Below, one piece after another: positions 1-12,032 of a DNA stretch of 39,303 nt (position 1 is the first letter of the stretch; every line of letters begins with the position of its first letter). The translations under genes and the position numbers were made by a program. The notes below the pieces were generated by a model that was given only the letters and a program-made list of their open reading frames with translations, was not told the DNA's origin and ran no database searches. Origin of the DNA: Atractiella rhizophila (Eukaryota); NCBI GenBank assembly GCA_021432655.1, contig MU271613.1:1-39303 (forward strand), written 5' to 3'.

Positions 1-1449
1 ACCACCAACCACTCCTTCGCACGTCCCCAATCTGCAATATTGCATACGATGTAGGCAGCTATTGCGTTGCCGAACTGTACATTCCACCTCAGCATTTGGT
101 GAAATAGTGGGGAGGAAGAGGCGAACAATGCACGGTAACATTCCCAGGACTGGGAGGATGCGGACTCGAAAGTTGTCCAAGGATGAAAGCTCATTGATGT
201 TTTGGGCTTGGAATTGCTCCTCTGGAAGAGGCAGCAGGGAGACTGCTCGGTCTGGGACTTCAGTGCTGAACTGTTCCATGATCCCATAGCGACATACATC
301 AGCATACGAGGTTTGTAAGTAGAGAGGATGACGAACGATCGTAGGTATGCCCGTCACTATTCCTTCTAGTCGTAGACGCCGTCGTACAGAGCGAGAGAGA
401 GGGTCTTCAGAGGTGGCGGAAATGTCTCTGTCGCATCACATTGCATCATATTAGCAAACAAACACTTCCATGTTGTGACTACCTGGAGCCACAGAGCGAA
501 CAAAGGAGAAAAAAAAGAAGAACCACACAAGTAGAAGACCTGCGGCAACAACAGAACACCCCCCCACCACGGAGAAGAACACCGGAGGAGAGAACAACAG
601 CAGTCAACAAACAACAGAAAAAGAACACAAAAACCGAGACCACACGCGTGACACACGCAGAGAAGAGCGACACCCGCTCACAGAGAGAGTTGAATGACCA
701 CGAAAACGGGGAAAAAAAAAAAAACCTGGGGGCCAAGGTGGCAAAGCAAGCCAACGTAAAGGGGCAAGTGGAACAACCGCAAAACAAAAAAAAGGAACAA
801 ACAAAAAACCAAACCGCCCCAACTAAGAATTGCCCCGCCAAAACGTCCCCCCTCCCAAAAAACCCAAACAAAAAACCCAACCTAAACCAAGGCGCCAACC
901 CTTTAAACCAAATGGCCCGCAACCCAAACTTGGGAAAGCCCAACGCAACAAACCGGGAACGCCGGGGCCCCCTCCAACAAAACCCCCCAACAAACTCCCA
1001 ACAAAAAAAAACAAAAGACTCACGTTGAGAGAACTAAGAGAGACAAGGTCGAAATCCACCAATTTCATCCTCCCTACTCCTGACCTCGCCAGCGAAATAG
1101 CGGCATTCGCTCCCACCCCTCCCATTCCCACGATGACCACACTACTCGCTCGCAACTTGTGCACCCCTTCTAACCCTAGAAAGGAGATATTCCGCGAGAG
1201 GTACTCGCGAATCAGCTCTTCTGAAAACGCGACATTCCTTTGACGTTCCTTGGGAGTATCCGAAACTTCCTCTTCAGCGCGAGAAGGAAGACGCTGAGGT
1301 TTTGATTTCTTTGCTCGGGATGAGCTCGTGAAGGAGGAATAGAGCTGAACAGCGGAAAGGGTAACGAGGGAAGATACGAGCGCAGTAGTGAGAAGCAGCC
1401 GCGTTTGTGTTGAGTCCAAGCTGAAATTGAACGAAGACCAAGAGGGCAT
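1..1449 (-). CDS. tRNA threonylcarbamoyladenosine dehydratase (TCD1/TCD2-like, ThiF/E1 family); spliced, 3' end runs off the window
   Basis: N-terminal hydrophobic anchor, then EELIREYLSRNISFLGLEG...VVIVGMGGVGANAAISLARSGVGRMKLVDFDLVSLSSLN (ThiF nucleotide-binding motif). Downstream exons read on the - strand: DISATSEDPLSRSVRRRLRLEGIVTGIP (~345-428), FSTEVPDRAVSLLPLPEEQFQAQNINELSSLDNFRVRILPVLGMLP (~134-270), FGNAIAAYIVCNIA (~30-75). The middle exons (~480-1020) are garbled. Confidence 0.9.
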
Positions 1450-1658
1450 AGCGGCTCGAGCGGGCTGTATAGGATCTAGTCTGACTTGGCCTGCTGTTGC
1501 GGATTCACCAGAACTGGGACTGGACTTGATTGGACAGAATTTTCAGATTAATTTCGCCGTTTCCTTCGCTCCCGAAAGCACATCGGTCGGAAAATTGACA
1601 TATAATAAACGACTATCAGATTAGATAAGAACGATCCTACCTTGCGTTGCCGAAGTTG

Positions 1659-3717
1659 ATGGCACTAACAACCATGAAGTGAGTTTTTGCGTCCATTGGT
1701 GCATTGACATTTCAGTGGCTTCTCTGTCAATTTCGAGCTCAATAGAAAGCTTCAAGATACATAGGGAAGCAACCTGTGCAGCACAAAGGCATCTTCAAGT
1801 TTTCAATCATTGTTCCACCAAGCCTTACTGTAAAGCGATAGCGTCTAGCAATGCTTAAATTTCAAAAGGTTTAAGCAGTAATACCAATGCTCTAACTGAC
1901 TGACGCTGTATTTGCTCACACAGTGTACGTATCATCCTCGTCGGAGCGTCCTATGCTGGTCTCTTTTCCCTCAGGACCCTCATCTCGCTATTCTCGAGTT
2001 CTGTCTCATCATCAACCCTCGTCCTACCCGACAACCAATCGGCAAATGGAAAGGTCATTGGGAATGTCGATCAAGAGCAGATAAATTGGAACGTATCCAT
2101 CAAAGTCATCGACAGGCGTGACGGAATTCGTATGTTTTCAGCTCCCCTTCGCTTCCTTCTTCATGTTCTGACTGACTGATTCGGTCTCTCGATTCCTCGC
2201 CGTCCAGTACACCTCATCGGGTCTCCATTGGCGCAAGTAGAGAAAGGGTATGCCCAGAAAAGCTGGAAGCTGTTTAAGGACATCCCGTGGGTTCCAAAGG
2301 AGGGAAAGAACCGGAATGTCAAGGTTGAGTTCTTACATGCCGAAGTGGAAGAAGTGCGAATGGAGCATAAGACGGTTTCTTATACATTCGTAGATGAGAG
2401 TGCTATAGGAGGGAAGGAAAATGCGGAATACGACTTCCTTATCGGTTTGGCCCCTTTCTCCACAGCTTCTTCCTTCCTAGCTGCACACGTCGCTGAGCGT
2501 ATTGTCGGAGTAGTTGGGACAGGTTTAGAGAGAATCACTCCGGTCGTACCCCTCGGCTCGTTGACACACAAGTCCTCCTTTGTCTCCCAGGCACTACTGC
2601 CGATTGCTCCCTCTACGAAGACAGTCCTTGTTTTGGGAGGTGGAGCGGTTGGTGTGGAGCTCTCTACTTCACTGAAGACGCATCACCCAAACGTTAGGGT
2701 GCTTCTCTTCCATTCTCGACTTTCGCTCCTGTCGAACGAGCCTTTACCAAACGAATTCAAAGACAAAGCTCTCACAATGACGAAGGAAGAAGGTGTTGAG
2801 GTGTTCCTCGGCTGGAGGGTGGGCGAGTACGACGAGAAGAAGAAGGAGGTGAGATTGGAGAAAAAGGAGGGTGTTGATGCGACGCTCGGAGATGGACTCG
2901 AAAAGGATGAGGAGGGATGGAAGTTCAATGGTGTGGATATGGTTTTAAATACCGCGTCTGGATTTGGCCCAATCAGTGCATTTTTGCCTAAGGAAGCGAA
3001 AGACGAAGAAGGCTACATCCCTGTTCGGGCTACGTTCGTTGTTCTCCCATCGCCTACCAATCCTGACAAATCATGCCAGGATGCAATTCCCGCCCTCTGC
3101 TCCCAATGCGGAGGCCCACTATGGTGCAGGAGACGTAGTGAAATGGCCAGGGATCAAGCGTGTAGGAACGAGCATGGCGATGGGTGCCTTGGCGGCGAGG
3201 AATATCTATCGGTCCCTCCTTCCAGCTCCCTCCGGAGAAGAGAGAAAGAAACCTGTATACCATGATGGTCCGCATGATCCACGACCAAAGCCGAAGAGAG
3301 GTGAGAAGATGGAAGAGTTCCCTCCCGTTTGTCGTTCACTCTTGCTTTGTGTACAGACGAAGATATTCTGATATGGCCGGTGCGCTTGGGGATTTTGTGG
3401 ATAGGTAAAACCAATGATGTTCCTTGAGGTCGGCAGTCAGTGTCTAGCGTATGTTGGGGACGAGAAAGGAGTGTGGACGGATGAAGAAATAAAAAGGCAG
3501 GTCTTCGAGGATGATTTAGGCTTGCGAGGTGCGCCATCCCCTTCTTGTTCCCCCTCTGGTTTGAATACGTGAAACTGCTCGACTAACTTATTCTTATAAT
3601 TAAACAGTTTGCTGGAGCGCTCTCGGCATGGAAGTCGATGGGACGGAGGAAAGTGTAGATGCAGAAAAGGTGGATGCGCTGGGAAGGGAATTTGCGAAGA
3701 GAATAAGAAACAATTAG
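1659..3717 (+). CDS. AIF/AMID-like FAD/NAD(P)-dependent oxidoreductase (Pyr_redox_2 family), multi-exon
   Basis: Predicted exon 1 MALTTMN (1659-1678), intron 1679-1923, then VRIILVGASYAG (first Rossmann motif), VIDRRDG|HLIGSPLA, second motif VLVLGGGAVGVELS, LFHSR, GYIPVRAT, YGAGDVVKWPGIKRVGTSMAMGALAARNI; stop TAG 3715-3717. Confidence 0.85.
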
Positions 3718-4082
3718 GAGTGCTTGTGCTGATTAGACTCTAGAGAGATAGCTTAGACCTCAGAGAGACTGAAATAGAGGCTGATATCGTATTGTCAGTC
3801 TACAATTATGGTTGTGATATTCATACTACCAGTGAGACAGAGTGTGACATTCCTCCCTCGATCCCGACTTCATATTTTCTAGGCAGTATATCGCGGCCAG
3901 TGACCCGCTTGTCTGATGGTACGCTAATTATATGCTACCTTGAAGTTGTGTTCCATTGCGACCCTTGCTTCGTTTTCGACAACCTAGGTTTGTATTGGGA
4001 TTGGTAAAAATTTAGCTACAATCAGGGTGGAAACAGATATCACGAAAATCACCAAAACGTAACGAACGGCAATGCATGGTAT

Positions 4083-5756
4083 TCAAGACTCATAGCTCGG
4101 TAGACTCGAAGGAGACATCCTATTCTTCTCCGTCCAAACCTCCTTTGGAATTATTGGGCTTTGCATATCTTGCAAGCCAACAGGCTGCTCAGTCACGCCC
4201 TCTCGCTGTACGGGTAGTTCCGTTACCTCGTGGTGGTAAATGGGGAAAGGAGATGCTTACGAGAATCTGATCCCTAAAGCGTACCCGTGAAAGCTCTCGA
4301 GAAACGCGAGCAGTTTCTTTCGTAGTTTCGTGATCTTGATTCGAGGAGTTGATGCTGCCTGATAACGCAGCTTCGAACAGCACCAAGGCGGCAACGACAT
4401 ATACCTATTATGTTGTTAATTCCAAAAAGAAGGAAAGAGGGATAGCACACCTTCGCTACCACATACCCCATGCCTGCCCACAATCCTGTTCTCTACAGAC
4501 AGCCGTCGGCTGGGGTTCAAAGCTAAAGTGTAGACAAACCGGCTCAATGACAAGAAACAGAAGTTCTAGGACCTAGACAGAGTGATTTTCGTCTCGACAA
4601 TAGCGGTGGTTGCGTACCTGGGTTATCGTAGGTATAAGACCGGTCTCCAATGTCAGCTTTCTGCATTCGTCGTGAGATGCTCCGCGTTGGAAGCTAAGAC
4701 AACGCACATAAACTGCCGCGAGTGCATCAGTTTATTGCAGGTTAGAGGGAAATTTTTCATACTCTCGTCGCCATAAAATTAGTCTTCTGAAACCCAGATT
4801 TATCTTTGTGCTGTCGGAGATGATGAACCATCAGAGCGCAAAGTATAATATCGACCAAAGACGCAGCTAAAATGCCAACACGAATCAAATGCCAAGCGAT
4901 GAAATGCACGAGTAACCTACCACCCAACGCTAAGCTTCCCGGCACCAGCATCTTCGGAAAATAATCGTCAATCGGATCTGTGAGGCATATCCCGTACAAC
5001 ACAAATCCAACAATCTAGCGTGGAAACATCAGATTCGCTATTGATTAGAAAGAGAAACTGCTGTACCGAAGTGACTATTAAGGCACCGGCAAGGCAGAGG
5101 AACCTTTCCAGCTGATTTAGCTTAACAAGAGCTGAGGCACTCGGAAAACGAACGAATAAGTGATGGCCTTGGAGGTACGGTCCAGCGAGCCAAATTTTGG
5201 CATGCCACTATCAAATATGTATGAGCGAAAGGTTTGGGCGACAAGAAATCCGAACCGAGAGATGCGGACAATCCTGTAGATGTAGAGCAGCTGGACATAA
5301 GCGGTAAGGGTTCCTTGAAACACGGCAACAGGTACTGGATAGGCCAATTGTCGTGTTTTAGCTGAGATGATACAACTTGGAGAGCTTACGCGTAGAGGGA
5401 ACTGGAGGTGCAAGGAGGAGGACAGGACCGACTCGGGCAGCATCTTCCATGTAGGACACAAAGGAAAAGAATTTGTTTATCCTGCTCACAGATAAACTGG
5501 CGTCAAGATGCTTTGGAGGAGAATGGAGGACTAACGTATCCCCGAGGTTCACCCAGAAAAGACCCATCAGGATCCACCACGAAATCGAATACGCGACACT
5601 GCGCTCATGGTAAAGCCTGAAAACATGAAGGAACTGGTGCAGAGATATGCCGAAGAAAATAAATCCCAAGCTAGCTCCAATGATGATAGGGAAGATGTGG
5701 ACGTGATATGCGTCCTTAGTCCATTCCACAAACGTGTGGTCGTCTTCCTTACTCAT
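4083..5756 (-). CDS. DUF6534-like basidiomycete multi-pass membrane protein, paralog 1
   Basis: MSKEDDHTFVEWTK...FPIIIGASLGFIFFGISLHQF; VPVAVFQGTLTAYVQLLYIYRIVRIS; AASLVDIILCALMVHHLRQHKDKSGFQKTNFMATRV; last exon VTELPVQREGVTEQPV...YES* (stop 4083-4085). Exon-by-exon similarity to the genes at 28678-30366 and 31769-33460. An alternative ATG lies at 5762. Confidence 0.75.
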
Positions 5757-6728
5757 CTTCATGCATAAATGACAGAGACGCCAACGAAAAGGCAAGAAAA
5801 GTCAGGTGAGTTCGTAGGGCTAGTATCTAAGCCTCTTAAAACAAAAGGGAAGGAGAGTAGTCGACGGAGAGCGCCTTTATGCAAGGGCCGCTGTCACCGG
5901 CCTTTAACAAGTACCCCGCGTTTTGTAGGCAATCCAGAAGATAAACAAGTGACACCTATCCCAGGATGCGAGGGCAGCATGGCTGTAGCTGATGGAAGAA
6001 GATTTTGGAAGCGTTTGAGCTCTGAGGGGTACCGGTACTGCCGAAAAAGTATCCGCTTTTGCATTGATCGGTTCTCTGCCGCCGAAGAGCTCCGCAAAAG
6101 ACTGAGATGTCATAATCAGGCTCACCAAGGATGAATTCCACTTCGCATCTGATCCGTCCAGAGACAACGTTTGAAACTGTTCAAAGTCAAAGTTATTCCA
6201 AGATATTCGAATGTTTGTGAATCTTCCTCAGCCAATTCAAGGGCTTCAGGGTTCGATATTCCAAAACCTCGCGAGCAGTCATGTATTCAGATTCACACGT
6301 ATTTCAAGAACTTAGCCCTTTGAAGAGTATATATAGTGTGGATCAACAACTCCTTCAAGTCACGAAATAACGTTAACCATTACCCTCGTCAAGGGAAGAT
6401 CTTCAAGCAAGTATGGGCAATAAATTTTCATTTTCTCGCCTTGCCGCGTAAAGAGACATTGAATGAACACAACAGCAACCTACTCACCTCACCTCGTTCA
6501 CTAAGGTGCCTATCAAGTAAATATAATAGTTCTAAAGGCATAATTTCCACTCCCAAGGGGACCACGTAAAAGCTGACCACGCAAGGCCGACTAGCTCTGT
6601 GCACGAGCAAGCTTGGAAATGAGGATCTGCCACAGTAGCAGTGTGTAGTGGATGGGAAGAACAAGGATACCCTTGGCCGCAATCCATTACAGACACGTGA
6701 CTCAAATGGGCTGGTTGTAATAACGACC

Positions 6729-9700
6729 ATGTCCACTCTGGGGCCTTCTCATGGACCATCCGCCCTCTCACAGATCGCGCAAGCAGCGCAGGCAGGCATG
6801 GAGTTTGGGTTTATTGGGCCACCGGGAGCACCGCATGCTGGAATGGGAGGATTAGGTCCTGGTGCTGATATGAGACCTGGGGCTGGCAAGGTCAAGGTAT
6901 GCATCTGGTGTTTCATGGACTTTGAAATGTGTGTTTGGGGCTTGATCAGAGAGCCAGAAACTTGCAAATAGTTCGACACCACCTGTTGTGTGCCCAAGAG
7001 AGCTAGCTACATTAGTTGCTATCTGTTGCTCTCGCTCTATGAACCATGCTCAAGCTATTTCTTCGATATTCCGATAAGTATCATCGACTGTTTTGCTTCA
7101 CGACGTATGATTACACCGCTCTTCATTCTTAGGACGCAAGAGAAAGATCGTGGGCAGGAGGACTGCTATATGACGTCCTAGAATCATGCTGAAATCTGAC
7201 ACTTTTCTAGCCCTCTCTATATACCTTCCCAATCCACCCACCTCCTGACAGCGACGCGCTTATGACGGAGCTCGAAGACTTCTATTCTTATGTGGAAATA
7301 TCGCATGTCGGTTTCGCCTGCCTTCAGTCTACACAATGCTGAATATAAATGTAGATCATTGAGTATCGGAAGACGTTTGAAAAGAGTTCGCCTATCGGGA
7401 ACTGGAAAGGAATTGAAGGTTGTCCTCCGCCTTTTTCCCATATTCTCGATCATTTCTGACGATTTGAAAGCACAGATTTTTCTTCCCTCCCAGACAACCA
7501 AAAACATTCTCTTCTGCTCACGCTCACCGAGTCGCTTGAGCACCGCGATCCTGAAGTTCGATTCGAGAGCTCGCGCCGCCTTCTTTACGTTGCACAAGGC
7601 TCATTCGCTAGTGCAGGAACTCCAAAAGAGCACCTTGCACAGATCGTTAGTAATGCGAAAGCGCTAAGAAAAGCAGGAGCATTGGAGGCGGTTTGGAATG
7701 CTATGAAGGTTGTGGGCGGAAGATGGGAGCTACTGAAGTATGTTCTTCCTCTCCAAACAATATGTCAAACTGATATTGTCTGGATCAAGTACCGATTTCG
7801 ACCCCTCCAACCCTGCGCCATCCACTGCGGGAGGACTATCAATCTCGCCACAGGACAGGCAGGAATACATTGAAGAACTCAATTCAGAATTGGCGATTTT
7901 GCTTGGTGTGGCGTATTTTATGGTAGAGGTGTTTAGAGGAGAGGAAGCCTGGGGCGATGAGATCAGTAAGTTGTTACCATTCCCATTCGTCGTTGCAACT
8001 TGGACTGATGTGTGTTGCAGTGAGCCTCGATCCTCCTATGCCTGTCTACCTGCTGCAATTGGTAGCAAATCTGAGGGAAAAGAATGCGAGGGGATATCCT
8101 GTTAAGAAGGTGAACAATGCCTACCGCAGCTTGGTCAGTTTTAACAGAGAAACAGCTCCTACTACTGCTTTGGAAGAGTATTCTTTGTACGATTGGAGGT
8201 TTAAAAGATGCGCCAAGGGTAAAAAAGCTAGTTCGAGATATTGAAGGCTTGCCAAAGGACAAGCCTGAGTTTGCCGATCCTGAGAAGGTACAAGGTGCGT
8301 GTCTCGATCCATTTCTTTCGCGCAGCTTTGTTGGTGGGCTCATTACGGTTCTTTAGTCGATCGACCATGGACGAAGGTCTCACCCGTTGACGTGCACAAT
8401 TTTCACACCGAAACGACCACCAAATACCCCACTTACACCCCTCCTCCGGTCCCCAACGTCTACATCGACCGTCTCGCTGCAGCCGCCGCTCCGATTCCGG
8501 TCCGCCCACTCTTTCCCTACTCCTCTGGTCACCAACAACATTATTCAGGCATCACACCTCCCCCTCCCCCCTCAACGATAGCTGGACAGAATATGCAACC
8601 CGGCACGCCTGCGCCAACGCCGCCTCCAACTCCTCCACCGATGGGACAACCGAATCCTAAGACGAAAAAACAAATGTTTCAGACTGACCAGAATAAACCG
8701 TTTGTCCTTCCGTTCTCGATGGCCAATTTCAAGGAAGATGGGACGCCACGGACGGTGCCCGAGGCTATCGAGGAAGCTAATGCGCTGTATCGAAAAAATT
8801 TGAGGATTTCGACAGAGTTATGGCAAGTTTGGAAATTAAGGGAGGAATTCATAGCTGATGAAAGCGGAATGTCTCGGCTAGAAGAGGAGGAGAAGAGGTT
8901 GGCAAGTAAGAGGAGGAAGAGAGGGGCGACAGCAACCTTGGATGGGCTGAATGGATTGGTGGGAGGTCTAGATTCGAAGAAGGTTAAAGAGCTAAGGAAA
9001 GGGTTTACAAGAATGAGCATTGCCAGTTCCGGAAGCTGGGATGATTATGGTGGCGACGAGGAGGAGGAGGAAGAGGAAGCAAACAAGGGTGCCGACCCTC
9101 TAAAGATGTTACAGAATTTAGAGGGGCAATGGAAACTCGAAGAGCGGTCATTGGCTTTGCAAGAAGCGAGAAGTGGCTTGACTGAGGAGCAGAAGAAGGA
9201 GCGGAGGAGATTGAAAGCCAGGATAGAAGACCTTCGCCGCCTCCAGAAGATTGAAGTCCTCTTTGTCAGTCCTCTTACTCCTGAGATAAATGTTTCACTC
9301 ATCCTGCGGTTGGAGTAGCGAAGTACATTGCCCCATTTGCAGAGTGCAGTCATCGTCCTCCTCAAGCTGCTCTTGGCCACTGTCACACAGCCAAACGCGC
9401 AAAATCCACAAAACCCAGACGATGAGCCAATGCCTCTCACTTTGGAAGAAACAGATGTGATGCGCCATCGAGAAATCACCTCGAAAGCGGTCTCGGCTAT
9501 CTTGGTGCTTCTTCTGAAATGGTTCAAGGTGTCCCGTGCGCCCGTCCCTCCATGATTAAACTACCGCTGATCATAAACAGATATAATGAAATTTCACTAC
9601 CTAGCTCAGCTGCTTGTTGACTCCAATTGTATCCTACTCATCCTCAAAATGTTTGGATTGCAAGAGGTCGCCAATATAGTTAAGTTCAAGCACGAAGTCG

Positions 9701-11253
9701 AGGAATTCCAGTGCGTTCATCCCTCAAGTCTGTCATTATCTCACGGAGTATGATAGCTTCTTCCGTTATTGCAACACGTACGGATCGCGGAACCCTATTA
9801 GGTCAGAGGAAGCCATCGACCCACGTCCTCCCTCGCATGATGGCGAGCAGGGAGAAGAGGTCGATCTGATCACAGACTATTCATGGCGCAACTTCTTTTC
9901 GACCAACAATTTTGTTTACATTCTGCAGAAGTTGACTAAGCGGAGATCGCATCGAATAATGCTTCTGGTCCAGTACAAGAGTTCGGCAAGTAGAGCCGTG
10001 TGTAGTGATCACTGCTGATGTCTGCCTTAGGCTATTCTCAAGCGTATCCTGAAAGTTTCGCATCCTAAACTTCAGCTTTATGTCCTAAAGGTCATAAAAA
10101 ACCAAGTACCATACTATGGGCGGAAGTGGAGGCAATGTACATTTCCTTCTGGCGGTCGACTCGAGGCGTTGACCCTATTGCAGCTAATATGAAGGTTATC
10201 ACGGCCATCTATCTGAATTGTCGACCTGACCTGAGAGATGAATGGCTGATGGGTGTCGATGTGGATAGCGACCTTGATGACGCACTGGTTTGCTTTCGAA
10301 GTTCCTTCAATGATCGACTAGCTTAGTGTTATCACAGCCTCAAGAGCATGCCCTCCGAGCTTTAGTCAAGTTCTTTGTAGGTGAATTACGAAGACAAATC
10401 CAACTTCTTGATGATGGTCCCCGCAGACGACCAAGCATTATTCGATATATGCGCCACAGCAACATCGTCGATCTTCAAGTCTTGGTCAACCTGGCGGATT
10501 CCACGGCGAGGGACACCCGGCGTCTCCCGCTTCTGCTTTCCGCCAAAGCTTTGCTGGGGGACATAATACTTCATCGCTTCCTGATACTTTCGAAGGAGAC
10601 ATGTTTCCGCCGCCTCGCTCCGCCGCTTCCTGGGACGACCACTTCCGTGCTACCTATATACCGGACGCAATCATGGAAGGATACCTCGACAATTACGAGG
10701 AAATTATTGACGGTTTGTTCGATCCACGACCTATAACTGGTGAAGAGAACGCGTCACTTTCTGCATGGAATCGCCTGGGACAGATTCTGGGAGAAGGTGA
10801 TGACATTAGTGACAGCGAGAGTGTGGCGAGTATTGGCTTCTTAGGAACTTACGACGATGACGGCAGCTCCACCGATGGTGGATGGGACTCTAAAGAGGAG
10901 CAAGTGCATCGCTGGGAGGCCATCAGGTATATCATCTGGAAAGAAACTGCTGTAGCTCATGTTTTTGGTCACAGTCCCGAAACCATGAATGCGTTGGAAG
11001 AAGAGAAACAAAGCGGAGCACCGCGTTCTCCTCGCCCACGACGAAAATCATCCGGCCCGACTTCTCCAGCACTACGACCCGTTCTCTCGGAAGATGGAGA
11101 AGACTATAGCAACCCCGTTATCATGGACCGTGAGGATGAACAAATTATGGAAGCCTTACCGCATGAAGGCCCAGCTGGTGCGTGCTTGCTTGAAATCTGC
11201 TGAACTGAAGAATCTCTGTAGTCGACGAAGTCGAAGCCGTTTTCCACGTTTAG
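6729..11253 (+). CDS. FAR11: Far11/STRIP1-2 (N1221 + DUF3402) STRIPAK complex subunit, multi-exon
   Basis: LMTELEDFYSYVE; GYPVKK|LLLLLWKSILCTIGG; PGTPAPTPPP; KKQMFQTDQNKPFVLPF; VPEAIEEANALY; RHREITSKAVSAILVLLLKWFKVS; YSWRNFFSTNNFVYILQK; NMKVITAIYLNCRPDLRDEWL; final exon VDEVEAVFHV* ending at 11253. Confidence 0.93.
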
Positions 11254-12032
11254 ACGCCAGCATTCCTTTTCTCGTCTTGGAGTACTATCGCAATCAGCCT
11301 TTACTGGCAGCACATAAGAAATCAGTACATCAGTGTCTACTATCAAAAAGGGCACTGCCGACCTTTCAGTGAACGTGGTTTACTTCCACTTTTTTTCGTG
11401 CACTTCACAAAGTCCCGCCGCTGTGCATGATGTGGTCATCCAAAGTTGTTCCGTTTCGGCCATCTTTGATTTAACACCCTTCACCATCCGTGTCCAGCCC
11501 TGCTACACTCCCTGTAACGGCTTGGTCTTTGAGCTGATTGTCTAATCTCTTGATCACTCTGAGTCAAAGTACAGCTGAGCATGAGCCATCATGTTTCCTT
11601 TCCTGTGTGTTCAAGCCTCCCGAAGCTGTCTTCTGGCACACATATGTCGGCCGAATGAACTTGCTTGGTCGTTCTCTCAGTTCCCGTGCTCTTCATTGTT
11701 GCCGACAAAGCATGGATGGCCCAAGACGAACTATGTTTGCTGATAGGCCGCGGTAGCAACAAAGACGCGTCTTAGGATACTCCCTTAACTCTTATGAGAC
11801 GAACACTTGGATGTCTGTGACTGAGCTTGGATTAAGCAACATTGACTGCAATATTGAGGATGATCCGGCTAATAATTCTGATAGTAGTTGCATTCAGGGT
11901 TCTTTTGGCTGTTGCTGCTATAGTTGTTGCCCGATTCGTGGGAAGACTAGTGCGGGAAGCGATTCATGGGAATGTGAATTGAGACATTGTCTCGGATCGG
12001 GAGACGGCAAGCAACAATCTCCCTCTCGAACC

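Noticed and set aside
441..1028. 195-aa Lys/Asn/Gln/Pro-rich + strand ORF
   Set aside because: By-product of T-poor garbled sequence (few possible stop codons), antisense to the TCD gene.
1679..1923. Intronic TPP riboswitch
   Set aside because: Only GTAATACCA resembles the consensus; the CTGAGA and CCTGAT core elements are absent.
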